A DNA stretch of 31,981 nucleotides from a virus (Duplodnaviria > Caudoviricetes), in the IMG/VR virus record IMGVR_UViG_3300037483_000942, positions 1 through 31,981 of that record; one strand, 5' to 3'. The notes beneath the pieces are model-generated. The model ran no database searches, was not told the origin of the DNA, and saw only the letters and a program-made list of their open reading frames with translations. The position numbers and the translations under genes are program-made. This document shows, piece after piece, positions 16,787 through 25,988 of the stretch (position 1 is the stretch's first letter; each line of letters opens with the position of its first letter).

Positions 16787-17148
16787 TGGGAAGTTTGGCA
16801 AAAAACAAAACATTAAATACTTATCCTCAAAATATTTACTCTGATTTAGATTCCTGGATAAGACAAGCGGCTATTTGCTTTAAACAACTTGGGCAAGGCA
16901 AAATAGAAACAACCGGACAATTTACACTTTCAACAGGAACAGCCGCAACAGTTATTAATTTAAGTTCAGGAATTTTAGGACAAAATAGTATATTATTATA
17001 TAATCCTGTAACATCTCAGGCTTCCACTGAAGTTGCAAACGGAACAATTTTTACAGGTACTAAGGATGTCGCAAATAAAACTGTCACAATTAATCATGCT
17101 AGCAGTGCAACGACCAATAGAACATTTGATTATGTAATTTTAGGATGA
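16786..17148 (+). CDS. Small tail/virion protein
   Basis: TAATG-coupled to the nozzle; Thr-rich beta-type sequence ending RTFDYVILG. Confidence 0.65.
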   Translation: MGSLAKNKTLNTYPQNIYSDLDSWIRQAAICFKQLGQGKIETTGQFTLSTGTAATVINLSSGILGQNSILLYNPVTSQASTEVANGTIFTGTKDVANKTVTINHASSATTNRTFDYVILG

Positions 17149-17582
17149 TTTTACTTAGAAAAGAAAAAGCCCTTAATTTTTGGCCTGAAATAAAAGATAG
17201 AATTAAGAAATCTTTAATAAAAAGTAACGACAACACGCCACTTGAAAAAATATATAACGATATTTTGCAAGATTATTTACAACTTTGGATTGTTATTGAT
17301 GAAAATTATTATATAATAGGAGTAGGAGTCAGTGAATTTGTTTATATAAACGACAAAAAAATACTTTCTGTTTATTTATTTGAAGCAGATAACATTAAAA
17401 TTGCAATCAAAGCAATGAATGACTTAATAGAATGGGCCCACGATAAAGATATAGCGGCAATCGAAACGACTGCACGTGTTGGTTGGGAAAAATTTTTAAA
17501 ACAATTAGATTTTAAAAAAAAAGAAGTTCTATTAAGGAGAAATATAAATGGGAAAACGCAAATCCCCTCAACCTCAATATAA
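17145..17582 (+). CDS. GNAT-like virion assembly protein (P22 gp14 position)
   Basis: LQLWIV...EWA....IETTARVGWEKFL pattern; precedes the ejection genes. Confidence 0.55.
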   Translation: MILLRKEKALNFWPEIKDRIKKSLIKSNDNTPLEKIYNDILQDYLQLWIVIDENYYIIGVGVSEFVYINDKKILSVYLFEADNIKIAIKAMNDLIEWAHDKDIAAIETTARVGWEKFLKQLDFKKKEVLLRRNINGKTQIPSTSI

Positions 17583-18390
17583 TGCTGCCCCCCTCCAAAC
17601 TGTTACACAGACACAAGCCCCATGGGAACCACAACAACGTTATATTATGGCTGGACTTGGACATGCAGAAAATTTTATGCAAAACTATCCTCGGAAATTC
17701 TACCCGGGTAGTACCGTTGCGGAATTCGCCCCAGAAACAGAACAGGCACTTCAAGGTGTTACACAAAGAGCAACTCGTGGTTCTCCCTTAATGCGTGGTG
17801 CGCAAAGTGAAATAGCCAATACCTTACAAGGAAATTATCTTTATGGAGGTCCTGGATTTAATGCTGCTATTGAAGCCGCCCAAAATAAGATATTACCCGC
17901 TGTCCAAAGTAGATTTCTTCAAGCAGGAAGATCAAGGGGCGGATTGGCACAACAAGCAGCAACTAGCGCTATAGCAGATGCTTTTGCTAATCAATATGGG
18001 GAAGAAAGAACTAATCAAATGCGGGCCGCTATGTTCGCCCCTGGTCTTGCTCAACAAGATTATCTTGATCTATCACAATTAGCAGATGTGGGAGCAGCTC
18101 GTGAAGAATTGACTCAGGAAAAAATTAATGAAGCGAGACAAAGACATGATTTTGAACAATCAGAGTATGCCAATCGTATTCAACAGTATCTCAATATGAT
18201 TCAGGGAAATTATGGTGGATCTACAACAGGACAAATTCCAATACAACCAACAATGCCTGTTCCAAAACGAAATCGTATGGCAGGCATATTGCAGGGAGCA
18301 GGCTCAGGCGCCGCAATGGGTAGTATGGCAGGTCCGTGGGGTGCTGTGATTGGTGGCGTTGGTGGTGGGTTGTTGGGTGCATTTTCATAA
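17548..18390 (+). CDS. DNA ejection/internal virion protein (P22 gp7-like)
   Basis: TQTQAPW.PQ..Y N-terminus and Gly-rich hydrophobic C-terminus (GAAMGSMAGPWGAVIGGVGGGLLGAF). Confidence 0.75.
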   Translation: MGKRKSPQPQYNAAPLQTVTQTQAPWEPQQRYIMAGLGHAENFMQNYPRKFYPGSTVAEFAPETEQALQGVTQRATRGSPLMRGAQSEIANTLQGNYLYGGPGFNAAIEAAQNKILPAVQSRFLQAGRSRGGLAQQAATSAIADAFANQYGEERTNQMRAAMFAPGLAQQDYLDLSQLADVGAAREELTQEKINEARQRHDFEQSEYANRIQQYLNMIQGNYGGSTTGQIPIQPTMPVPKRNRMAGILQGAGSGAAMGSMAGPWGAVIGGVGGGLLGAFS

Positions 18391-18407
18391 TAAAAAGGAA
18401 TTAAAAG

Positions 18408-18836
18408 ATGAATAATTATAATGGAATGTGGAGTCAAAACTACTTTAATCCTTATAATCAAGATAATCAAGATGATCAAATGGACCCCCAAATGCAAGGA
18501 TTTGATCAGAGCGCATTTAATGATTTTATGATGCAGCAACAAATGATGCAGCAACAAATGACGCCACAGGCAGACAATCAATTTGGTGAAATGCCGATGC
18601 AAATTCCTGAAAGATTTGGAACCGGATATAGTGATCAATTAACAGGTCAATTGTCTCAGTTTACGCAAGGTCAGCAATTTCCTCAAAGTCAACAGTTTTC
18701 TCAATATGAGCAACCGTCACTTCCTGATTTTCCGACATCGATGGAAGGATTTGGTTTGGGAGCCACAGCACCAAAAATGGGTCCTTCAAGAAACTCAAGA
18801 AGAGAAATGATGAACAACCTGTTGAATAGTATCTAG
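18408..18836 (+). CDS. Gln/Met/Asn-rich low-complexity protein, putative ejection/internal protein
   Basis: AAGGA RBS; tandem ATGATGCAGCAACAA x2 at 18528-18557; lies among the ejection genes. Confidence 0.65.
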   Translation: MNNYNGMWSQNYFNPYNQDNQDDQMDPQMQGFDQSAFNDFMMQQQMMQQQMTPQADNQFGEMPMQIPERFGTGYSDQLTGQLSQFTQGQQFPQSQQFSQYEQPSLPDFPTSMEGFGLGATAPKMGPSRNSRREMMNNLLNSI

Positions 18837-18845
18837 GAGATAAAA

Positions 18846-20048
18846 ATGCCGCCCTTTAACGGAATGCAACAAACTCCACAACTTCAAGGAATGCTAGGAA
18901 ATCAGGATGAAGAAGAAGGTTTTCTAAGCAAAGCAGGTAAATTTTTCACCTCTCCTCAAGGAAGAGCAATATTAGCGGGGATGGGTTCTTCGAATGCTCC
19001 TGATGTGCTTGGAGTACTTGGGGCCGGCGCACAAAGCATGCTCCAAAGTATGCCGCAGCCTCAAGACCCTCTCAAGGCAGCAAAAACACAGCAAATTTAT
19101 TTTGAGATGATGCAGAAACAGCAGGAAGCTCAACAGCGTCAACAAGCGGCTGAAGAATTTAAAAAAAGATATCAAGGGACGGCTCCATCACCTCAATCAT
19201 TTGGAATGCCACAAGAGGCATCACTACCACAGCAGGGCTCCCCATCAGAACAAATGTTGCCGCAATCTGAAGGCATTATTCCAGGGACCGGTTTATACAG
19301 AGATCAATTAGAAGATGTTATTCAAACCGCCGACAGAGACTTGGTGGCAGCCACAAAACTTAAAAATGATTTTATAGAACAAAATAAAAAATATCACAAT
19401 GAAATGAGAAAGGAACAGGAACAACGTATAAAGGACCAGGAACAGCGTATTCTTGAAAATCCTGTTTATAAAGCGCAGCAAGAACAAATTGCAAAAGGTG
19501 CAAATGCCTTAATAGAGGGGTTTGCAAATGATGCAGAGGCACAATTTGAGACTGCTGCAAAAGGAAATGAAGTTTTGGCAATTATGGACACCCCCGGATT
19601 TGATCCTCGTTCAGGCCCGGGGGCACAATATGTAGAGTCAGGCGTTCGATTTTTCACCAATATGTTTGATCTTGAAAATTCAGGTAGCCAAGAAGCATTT
19701 ATGAAAGCATTAGAACAACTTGTTCCGGCTGCTATAACTGAATTAAGAAGACGGGGGGTCACTCGTATTACACAAGGCGAAATATTAAATCTTCTACCTC
19801 TTATAACAGCATCATTCAAAAATACTCCCGAGGGTATCAGAAAAATTCTTGGATTAAATTCAGCCGTCTTACCTGCTTATGAAGCTGCTAACAGCAGGTC
19901 TATGGCAGCTCAAAATAAATGGAATGAGGAATTTTTACGAACAGGAAAAAGTCCTTTTGATCTTAGACAAAAATTAGGAAAAATTAAAAAAATTAGAGAA
20001 GATCATAAACTAAAACTTATAAAAAATTATTTGAGTCAAGGTCAATAA
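18846..20048 (+). CDS. DNA ejection protein (P22 gp20-like position)
   Basis: Gln-rich helical protein with an AGGAG RBS; assigned by synteny. Confidence 0.65.
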   Translation: MPPFNGMQQTPQLQGMLGNQDEEEGFLSKAGKFFTSPQGRAILAGMGSSNAPDVLGVLGAGAQSMLQSMPQPQDPLKAAKTQQIYFEMMQKQQEAQQRQQAAEEFKKRYQGTAPSPQSFGMPQEASLPQQGSPSEQMLPQSEGIIPGTGLYRDQLEDVIQTADRDLVAATKLKNDFIEQNKKYHNEMRKEQEQRIKDQEQRILENPVYKAQQEQIAKGANALIEGFANDAEAQFETAAKGNEVLAIMDTPGFDPRSGPGAQYVESGVRFFTNMFDLENSGSQEAFMKALEQLVPAAITELRRRGVTRITQGEILNLLPLITASFKNTPEGIRKILGLNSAVLPAYEAANSRSMAAQNKWNEEFLRTGKSPFDLRQKLGKIKKIREDHKLKLIKNYLSQGQ

Positions 20049-20049
20049 A

Positions 20050-21819
20050 ATGGCACAAAATACACAATATTCAAAAAATATAAATGATGTGTTGCAGCAA
20101 ATTCAGGAAGCAACAAATCCAATGGATATTGCTGTAAAGCCTTTTACACGCGGTGCGTTAAAGGGAGGTGCCGGACTTCTTGATTTAATGTACGGCGTTA
20201 CAAGTGCCCCATTGAGACAAAGAACTACAGCTCCCGGTTTTGGCGGATATTTACAGCATATAATGGGTCCAAGCTATTTGTCTAAAGGTGTAGAAAATTT
20301 GCCATGGAATATCCCAGAATCAAAACCCGCTGAATATATTGAAAGCATTGGCGAATTTGCAGTCCCCGGTGGAGTGTTAGGAAAAGCTGCACGTGCAGGT
20401 CCGCGAGTTGCAGCAGGTATAGCAAGTGGGATAGGTGCACAGGGTGTTGGAGATATTGCACAATCATTAGCACCTGAATTAGAACCTGTCGGAAGATTAG
20501 CAGGCGCATTTGTAGCACCTTCTGTTGCAGGGACCGCCTATAATAGGCTTAAGGCTATCCAAGACGCTAAAATTCCTTCTCAAATTACACCATTACAGGA
20601 AGGAAAAATACAGGGTGTTCTTAATAGAAAACAAGGAATGAAAATTATCAATCAGGCTTCTGACTATTTTCATGGCCGCGCCAATGATTATATCGGTAAT
20701 TTAAAAACTGAACTTAATACCATGAAGGACGCCGGTAAAAATGCGAATTTATTAAAAAATGAAATTTTTAAAGATAAATTTGTGACAACGGAGCCTTTAA
20801 AACAAAAATTAGCTGTATTATTTGATAAATTACAAAATCTTCCTGAAAAGAATAGAGCTATCATAAAATCGACCTCACCTTCTCCCGGCAGCATTTTTGA
20901 TCCAATAGAAGGGATGTATTACTATGCACCTCCAGAATCAACAAAATTGCCGTCTATCTTGCGAGAAAAACCATTAACCGATTCAGCCGCCGCAGTTAAA
21001 AAGGCATATAGAGATTTACCGAAAAAATGGGGGGCAAAAGGCGTAGATACGTTCAGAGATGATCTCTTTCACATTATGAAAAATGCAGACAAAGGAGCAA
21101 AAGGAAAAACTGAACAATACAGTATTGTTCGCGAATTTCTTACAAATATTGACCCGAGATTAGATGATGCATTAACAACAACACGTCTTGGAATATTTGC
21201 CGATGATGTATTAAAAAGCCTTCCTGTAAATAAAAATCCAACACTTGCAGCTCGTCAAATTGAAAGGAAGTTATCTACTTTATTACAAAAAAATGAAGAT
21301 TTTCCTGATGAAATAAAAAATATTATTAGTTCATTTGCAGAGCAAGGAAAAGATATTGCGGCACTTCCGACAAAAAAAGAATTGCTTACTAAATATGGTC
21401 GTATGGAAGCAGGAAGCGATGATCAATTATGGAAGCAAATATTGGATATGGGAACAAAAGTAGCCAAAGTTCCATCATTGGCAGCAGGAGCTTTAACAGG
21501 TGCTGGCATGAATTCTAAAGTCGCAAAATTAATGAAAGAATTTTCACCAGAAAAATTTGTCGGTTATACAGACCCCTATAGAATGGCAGGGATAGAAGCA
21601 GCAACACAAATGGCACAATCCCCTGAAAGAAACATTCAAACTGAGAGTAGTCCTCCTCAAATAAATAAAACTAAAAACGTTCCTGTTCAAGCAGTTGAAA
21701 ACCCGTATGAGGAATTTGATAGGGAAATTGGACTTACCTTACAAAACGAGGATGATATTGCAATATATGATACAGAAAACCCGTATGAGGAATTTGATAG
21801 GGAAATTGGACTACAATGA
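20050..21819 (+). CDS. DNA ejection protein (P22 gp16-like position)
   Basis: Gly/Ala-rich membrane-like N-terminal segments (IGEFAVPGG, AAGIASGIGAQG); assigned by synteny. Confidence 0.65.
   Translation: MAQNTQYSKNINDVLQQIQEATNPMDIAVKPFTRGALKGGAGLLDLMYGVTSAPLRQRTTAPGFGGYLQHIMGPSYLSKGVENLPWNIPESKPAEYIESIGEFAVPGGVLGKAARAGPRVAAGIASGIGAQGVGDIAQSLAPELEPVGRLAGAFVAPSVAGTAYNRLKAIQDAKIPSQITPLQEGKIQGVLNRKQGMKIINQASDYFHGRANDYIGNLKTELNTMKDAGKNANLLKNEIFKDKFVTTEPLKQKLAVLFDKLQNLPEKNRAIIKSTSPSPGSIFDPIEGMYYYAPPESTKLPSILREKPLTDSAAAVKKAYRDLPKKWGAKGVDTFRDDLFHIMKNADKGAKGKTEQYSIVREFLTNIDPRLDDALTTTRLGIFADDVLKSLPVNKNPTLAARQIERKLSTLLQKNEDFPDEIKNIISSFAEQGKDIAALPTKKELLTKYGRMEAGSDDQLWKQILDMGTKVAKVPSLAAGALTGAGMNSKVAKLMKEFSPEKFVGYTDPYRMAGIEAATQMAQSPERNIQTESSPPQINKTKNVPVQAVENPYEEFDREIGLTLQNEDDIAIYDTENPYEEFDREIGLQ
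21697..21812 (+). repeat. Exact 38-bp direct repeat (21697-21734, 21775-21812) encoding ENPYEEFDREIGL twice
   Basis: GAAAACCCGTATGAGGAATTTGATAGGGAAATTGGACT x2, 78-bp period. Confidence 0.95.
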
Positions 21820-22694
21820 GACAAAAATATAATTATCAACCTATGGCATTCGAAAACATCCCCATTCAGCATATTCCACAGCGAGGTGGAGGGGATATTG
21901 GTGGTATGTTAAGTGCTATTGCACAATCTCAGGCATATAATAAAAAAATTACAGAAGAAGCACAACAAGCTGCACAGCAACAAAGTGGTCAAGATAGTCA
22001 GAATATGATGGGAGCGTTATCAAGCATTGCCTCTCAATTCGGACAAACAGGGGGTGGAGGAATGCTATCGTCTCAAGGAGGTTCTCCTGCACAACCATGG
22101 ATAAACCCAAATACAGGAATTCCAAGTAGCGGAAGAAATGTTTATTCATCTTCCGAAGCAGGATTAACAAATGTTTTTAATCCAAATTCTATCTCGCCAT
22201 TAGCAAATACGAATCAATCTACTGGCCAATCACCCATTGGAAATGTCCCTTCAATTAATCAATTAATGGGCGGATTGGGTGCAGTTTTTCCTAATAATCC
22301 AAATATGCAAGGGGTTGGAGCTGCCCAAGCTATTCTTGAGTCTGGCTTAATGGGAAAACCCTCAAATCTTGCTTCAGAATATGGAAATATATTTGGCATT
22401 AAATCCCCCGGTACTGGTGGGTCTGTAAATATGCCGACAAAAGAATATATGAATAATGGAATGCAATCTACAAACAGCGATTTTGGGGTCAATAAAAACT
22501 GGTTAGATTCTTTAATGCAATATAAAAACCTAATGCAAAAACCAAGATATAAATCTGTTATGAGTGCAAAAACACCTGAAGAAGCTTTTATGTCTTTATC
22601 TAAAGCAGGTTATGCAACTGACCCTAACTATGTTTCAAAATTATCCTCAGTTTATAAAAAATATGTTCTACCAAAATTAGGAGGAATACGATGA
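21816..22694 (+). CDS. Virion-associated peptidoglycan hydrolase (GH73 glucosaminidase/FlgJ-like C-terminal domain)
   Basis: AAQAILESG, NIFGIK, TKEY, PRY and GYATDPNY motifs, with a low-complexity N-terminus. Confidence 0.88.
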   Translation: MRQKYNYQPMAFENIPIQHIPQRGGGDIGGMLSAIAQSQAYNKKITEEAQQAAQQQSGQDSQNMMGALSSIASQFGQTGGGGMLSSQGGSPAQPWINPNTGIPSSGRNVYSSSEAGLTNVFNPNSISPLANTNQSTGQSPIGNVPSINQLMGGLGAVFPNNPNMQGVGAAQAILESGLMGKPSNLASEYGNIFGIKSPGTGGSVNMPTKEYMNNGMQSTNSDFGVNKNWLDSLMQYKNLMQKPRYKSVMSAKTPEEAFMSLSKAGYATDPNYVSKLSSVYKKYVLPKLGGIR

Positions 22695-23740
22695 GTGCAA
22701 TTTCGACATGGTCTAAAACGGCTGCGAGTAATAATGCTGCACCACCAGACGGATGGCCTGAGGGAATGGCTCCAAGCGCTGTAAATAACTGTGCTAGAGA
22801 AAACATGGCAGCCATAAGAACCCAATGGGAAAATGCAGATTGGTTTGATTATGGTTATACGCCCACAAGAACAGGAGCCACTACATTTACATTAGTCGGA
22901 GATTTTACCGATCAATATATAGATGGAAGAGGTATTCGTGTAAATGACGCTGCCACATATTATGGGGCAGTTGTTTCATCGACTTATGTTGCTCCGGATA
23001 CAACCGTTACTATAAGTTTGGATAGTGGAAGTTTAACAGCGTCCTTAACTGCTGCTGCTCTTTATATTTTAAAATCATCACAAGCCAGATTAGGCGGCCG
23101 TTCATTAAAATTATATGAATTACCTGCTAACGGCAACGCATATGTTGGCTTTCAGGCACCTGACGATGTTTCAACTACGGCTGTATGGACGTTACCTTCA
23201 CGAGATGCCTCATTATCAGGCCAAGCTATGTTTAGATCATCACCAAATATTCTTACATGGACGCCATATGCTTTCCCTTTAGCAGATGGAACAGTCGGGC
23301 AAGCCTTAACAACAGATGGTGCACAACAAGCAAGCTGGACAACTTTAGCTGCAACACAAGCACAAATGGAAGCGGGTTCACTCACTTCAGTATATACAAC
23401 GCCTGCACTTCAAAAATTTCACCCTAGTTCTGCAAAAGTGTGGGGGACAATAAATGGATTTGGTGAAGCATCGGTAATCGAAAGCTATAATATGGTTGGT
23501 GGAACATACATTTCATCAGGAAATTATACTATACAATTTGCCCCCAACTTTTCGAGTGTTAATTATCAAGTATCTGCGTGCTGTGAAAATACAGCAACAA
23601 CAGGTGTAGACATGCGCGCTCCACTTATACGAAATGGAAGTCAAGCCATTGGTTCTTGTGGATTTTATATATTAAATAATGCAGGTTCGACATTTAAAAA
23701 CACTAATAAACTTCATTTTTCAGCACACGGTGATCTATAA
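22691..23740 (+). CDS. Tail fibre/receptor-binding protein
   Basis: N-terminal WSKTAASN..APPDGWPEGM.PSAVNN.AR phage fibre head, LP.RD/FPLADGT.GQALTTDG repeats and a C-terminal SAKVW...SYN...GNY domain. Confidence 0.8.
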   Translation: MSAISTWSKTAASNNAAPPDGWPEGMAPSAVNNCARENMAAIRTQWENADWFDYGYTPTRTGATTFTLVGDFTDQYIDGRGIRVNDAATYYGAVVSSTYVAPDTTVTISLDSGSLTASLTAAALYILKSSQARLGGRSLKLYELPANGNAYVGFQAPDDVSTTAVWTLPSRDASLSGQAMFRSSPNILTWTPYAFPLADGTVGQALTTDGAQQASWTTLAATQAQMEAGSLTSVYTTPALQKFHPSSAKVWGTINGFGEASVIESYNMVGGTYISSGNYTIQFAPNFSSVNYQVSACCENTATTGVDMRAPLIRNGSQAIGSCGFYILNNAGSTFKNTNKLHFSAHGDL

Positions 23741-23758
23741 TTTAGGAGAAAATTCAAA

Positions 23759-24244
23759 ATGAAATTTTTATACTCTTCAACAGATGGACGTGCAGTTATA
23801 GCATATCCTGTTTCTAAAGAGCAACTTGAGAAATCATTGGGTCCTATGACGGATGAGGAATATAAAAGTCTTCTCATTTCCAAGATGATTCCAGAAGGTA
23901 AAAATTATATAGAAATAGAAGATGACGATATTCCTCAAGACCTTACGCATCGCGCGGCATGGATTGTGTATAACGGAAAAATTGCGATAGATTGTGAAAG
24001 AGCAAGAGACAAAAAATTAAGTATAATTCGCAAAAAACGTGAACCAATCTTTGAAAAACTAGATAGAGAATATTTAAATGCCTTACAAGATCAAGCGGAC
24101 ACAACAGATATTCTTTCAAGAAGAAATTCATTGAGGAGGGCTACAGACTTTTTAAAAAATCTAGATGTTGTGAATAAAATAAACGATGAGGCAATATTAA
24201 ATTCAATAAGAAGTTCTGATATAAGGCCAGAAGATTATGAGTAA
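23759..24244 (+). CDS. Tail fibre assembly/chaperone-like protein
   Basis: DIPQD..HRAAW and IR.KR...LD motifs, directly after the fibre. Confidence 0.65.
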   Translation: MKFLYSSTDGRAVIAYPVSKEQLEKSLGPMTDEEYKSLLISKMIPEGKNYIEIEDDDIPQDLTHRAAWIVYNGKIAIDCERARDKKLSIIRKKREPIFEKLDREYLNALQDQADTTDILSRRNSLRRATDFLKNLDVVNKINDEAILNSIRSSDIRPEDYE

Positions 24245-24306
24245 TATTATTTATTATTTATATAAAGATATTATAGAACCTATGAGACATATTTTTACGA
24301 GAAAAA

Positions 24307-24858
24307 ATGGAAAATAAAAACTTCGATTTTGCTATAGAATATATCCTTGATACTGAAGGCGGATTTGTTGATCATCCTGACGATAGTGGGGGTCCTACAA
24401 AATTTGGTCTCTCTCAAAGATTTTTAAAATCACTTTATAGAACTAAAGAAATTTCATGGGAACCTACGAGAGATAAAATTTTTTCTCTTGATAAAAAAGA
24501 AGCCAAGTCAATTTATAGAAGACAATACTGGGATTTTTATAATCTAAGATTGTTGGAAAATAAAAAACTTATAACCAAATTATTTGACTGTCTAATAATG
24601 AGCGATTCTCGTCTGGTTATTAAAAATTTTCAATCCTCTACAAACAGTTCATTAGGCCAAAATAAATTAAAAGTTGACGGGATTTTAGGAAAGCACACAT
24701 CATCTGTTGCAAATAATTGTGATGCTGATTTTATTATTAATAATTTCATAATATTTATGGGTCAATATTATCAGGAGATAGTTGTTAGTAATCCATCTCA
24801 ACACAAATTTTTAAAGGGGTGGTTAAATAGATTACTTAAATTACCAATCATAACATAA
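24307..24858 (+). CDS. Endolysin, glycoside hydrolase family 108 with C-terminal PG-binding domain
   Basis: EGGFVDHPDDSGGPTKFG, IYRRQYW, VDGILG and FLKGWLNR. Confidence 0.93.
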   Translation: MENKNFDFAIEYILDTEGGFVDHPDDSGGPTKFGLSQRFLKSLYRTKEISWEPTRDKIFSLDKKEAKSIYRRQYWDFYNLRLLENKKLITKLFDCLIMSDSRLVIKNFQSSTNSSLGQNKLKVDGILGKHTSSVANNCDADFIINNFIIFMGQYYQEIVVSNPSQHKFLKGWLNRLLKLPIIT

Positions 24859-24874
24859 CAGAAGGATAAAAAAT

Positions 24875-25084
24875 ATGAGTAGCATACTTCAATTTATAAA
24901 AGGTCGTCTAGGAGAAACAAGCACTTGGATAGGTATTATAACGTTTATAGGTGGGTCAATCATGTATTTTACACCAGATAATATTGACGTTTATATTAGA
25001 GACCTACAAATAGCTACTATTGGAATGATAAACATTGTTGCAGGTCTGATTGGAGCCGTTAAAAAGGATAAAGGAAATGATTAA
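24875..25084 (+). CDS. Holin
   Basis: 69 aa with RLGETSTW.G, two hydrophobic segments and a charged tail; follows the endolysin. Confidence 0.75.
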   Translation: MSSILQFIKGRLGETSTWIGIITFIGGSIMYFTPDNIDVYIRDLQIATIGMINIVAGLIGAVKKDKGND

Positions 25085-25286
25085 TATTGAAATAATTTTA
25101 GGTATTATTATTTTTATAATAACACTATCAATTATTTTTATTATTATATTTTTTATAAAAAAGCACGATAAAAAGAAAGACATTATTTATGAAATGGAAG
25201 AAAAAATTGATGCTGCCCCCCCTCCTACTGGGAGTGATGTTCGTGAATGGATGCACAATCGCGAAAGAGGTAAGAGGGTGCCCTAG
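25077..25286 (+). CDS. Inner-membrane spanin (Rz-like)
   Basis: N-terminal TM helix and short periplasmic domain; overlaps the lipoprotein gene. Confidence 0.6.
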   Translation: MINIEIILGIIIFIITLSIIFIIIFFIKKHDKKKDIIYEMEEKIDAAPPPTGSDVREWMHNRERGKRVP

Positions 25287-25449
25287 TTTTCCTAATCCGC
25301 AAATTGGAACAATGGACGAAATTGATTTTTATTGTAGAAAAAAAGATGGAGAGGAAGAAAAATGCCCTAAATTAATAGAATGGATAGGAAGATTAATGAA
25401 ACTTGCTAAAAAACTTGATATTAAGGAAGTCTCTGAGTGGATTTCATGA
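25189..25449 (+). CDS. Outer-membrane lipoprotein spanin (Rz1-like)
   Basis: Signal peptide with lipobox FVNG-C, Cys/Pro-rich, overlapping the i-spanin in another frame. Confidence 0.65.
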   Translation: MKWKKKLMLPPLLLGVMFVNGCTIAKEVRGCPSFPNPQIGTMDEIDFYCRKKDGEEEKCPKLIEWIGRLMKLAKKLDIKEVSEWIS

Positions 25450-25545
25450 TATATATATTATCTATCACCACCACTCTTGGTTTTTTTTTGAATAGTTTCT
25501 TTAAATAACAAATCATATGATTTTCTCCCAATCATCATAAAATTA

Positions 25546-25571
25546 TTGCATAATACGACCCTTTTCAGCAA
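25546..25571. other. Candidate tyrosine-recombinase core site (attP/res-like)
   Basis: TTGCATAAT-ACGACCCT-TTTCAGCAA: imperfect inverted arms around an asymmetric spacer, in the gap between lysis genes and recombinase. Confidence 0.3.
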
Positions 25572-25622
25572 ATGAAATAATTTTTATAAATTTGTTGACA
25601 TCCTTTTTTTTATATTATATAG

Positions 25623-25988
25623 GTGTATCACCCAAACAAAAAGAGATGTAAAATGGATCAAGCGGAATTACAATATATATATAATCAAAGAGATGATCTT
25701 ATAAAGGATTGTTTACCTGCTATTGCCCGCTTGCCCTTTAAAAAGTTTTTTACATTTTTTAAGCAAACGGATGATTACTTAGAAGTTTGCACGCTTCCTG
25801 AAGAAAAACAATTACCATTAATTAATCTAGTATGGGCAGAAACAAGAGTTGCTGCCGCTGTTAATTATTACCTTTCTCTTAATATGTATAAAAATGTTGG
25901 AAATCTTCACTCTACAATGAGTGCATCACAGGAAAAAAGATTCATAGATAGTCTCCCTGTTCTTGATTCTAGTCAAACCAAACATTAG
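25623..25988 (+). CDS. Hypothetical protein (moron-like)
   Basis: Isolated ORF preceded by TTGACA (25595-25600). Its 3' end overlaps the recombinase 3' end by 20 bp. Confidence 0.6.
   Translation: MYHPNKKRCKMDQAELQYIYNQRDDLIKDCLPAIARLPFKKFFTFFKQTDDYLEVCTLPEEKQLPLINLVWAETRVAAAVNYYLSLNMYKNVGNLHSTMSASQEKRFIDSLPVLDSSQTKH

Noticed and set aside
21697-21812. CRISPR mini-array (38-bp repeat, 40-bp spacer)
   Set aside because: Only two copies, in frame inside a CDS and encoding a repeated peptide. No cas genes and no palindromic repeat structure.
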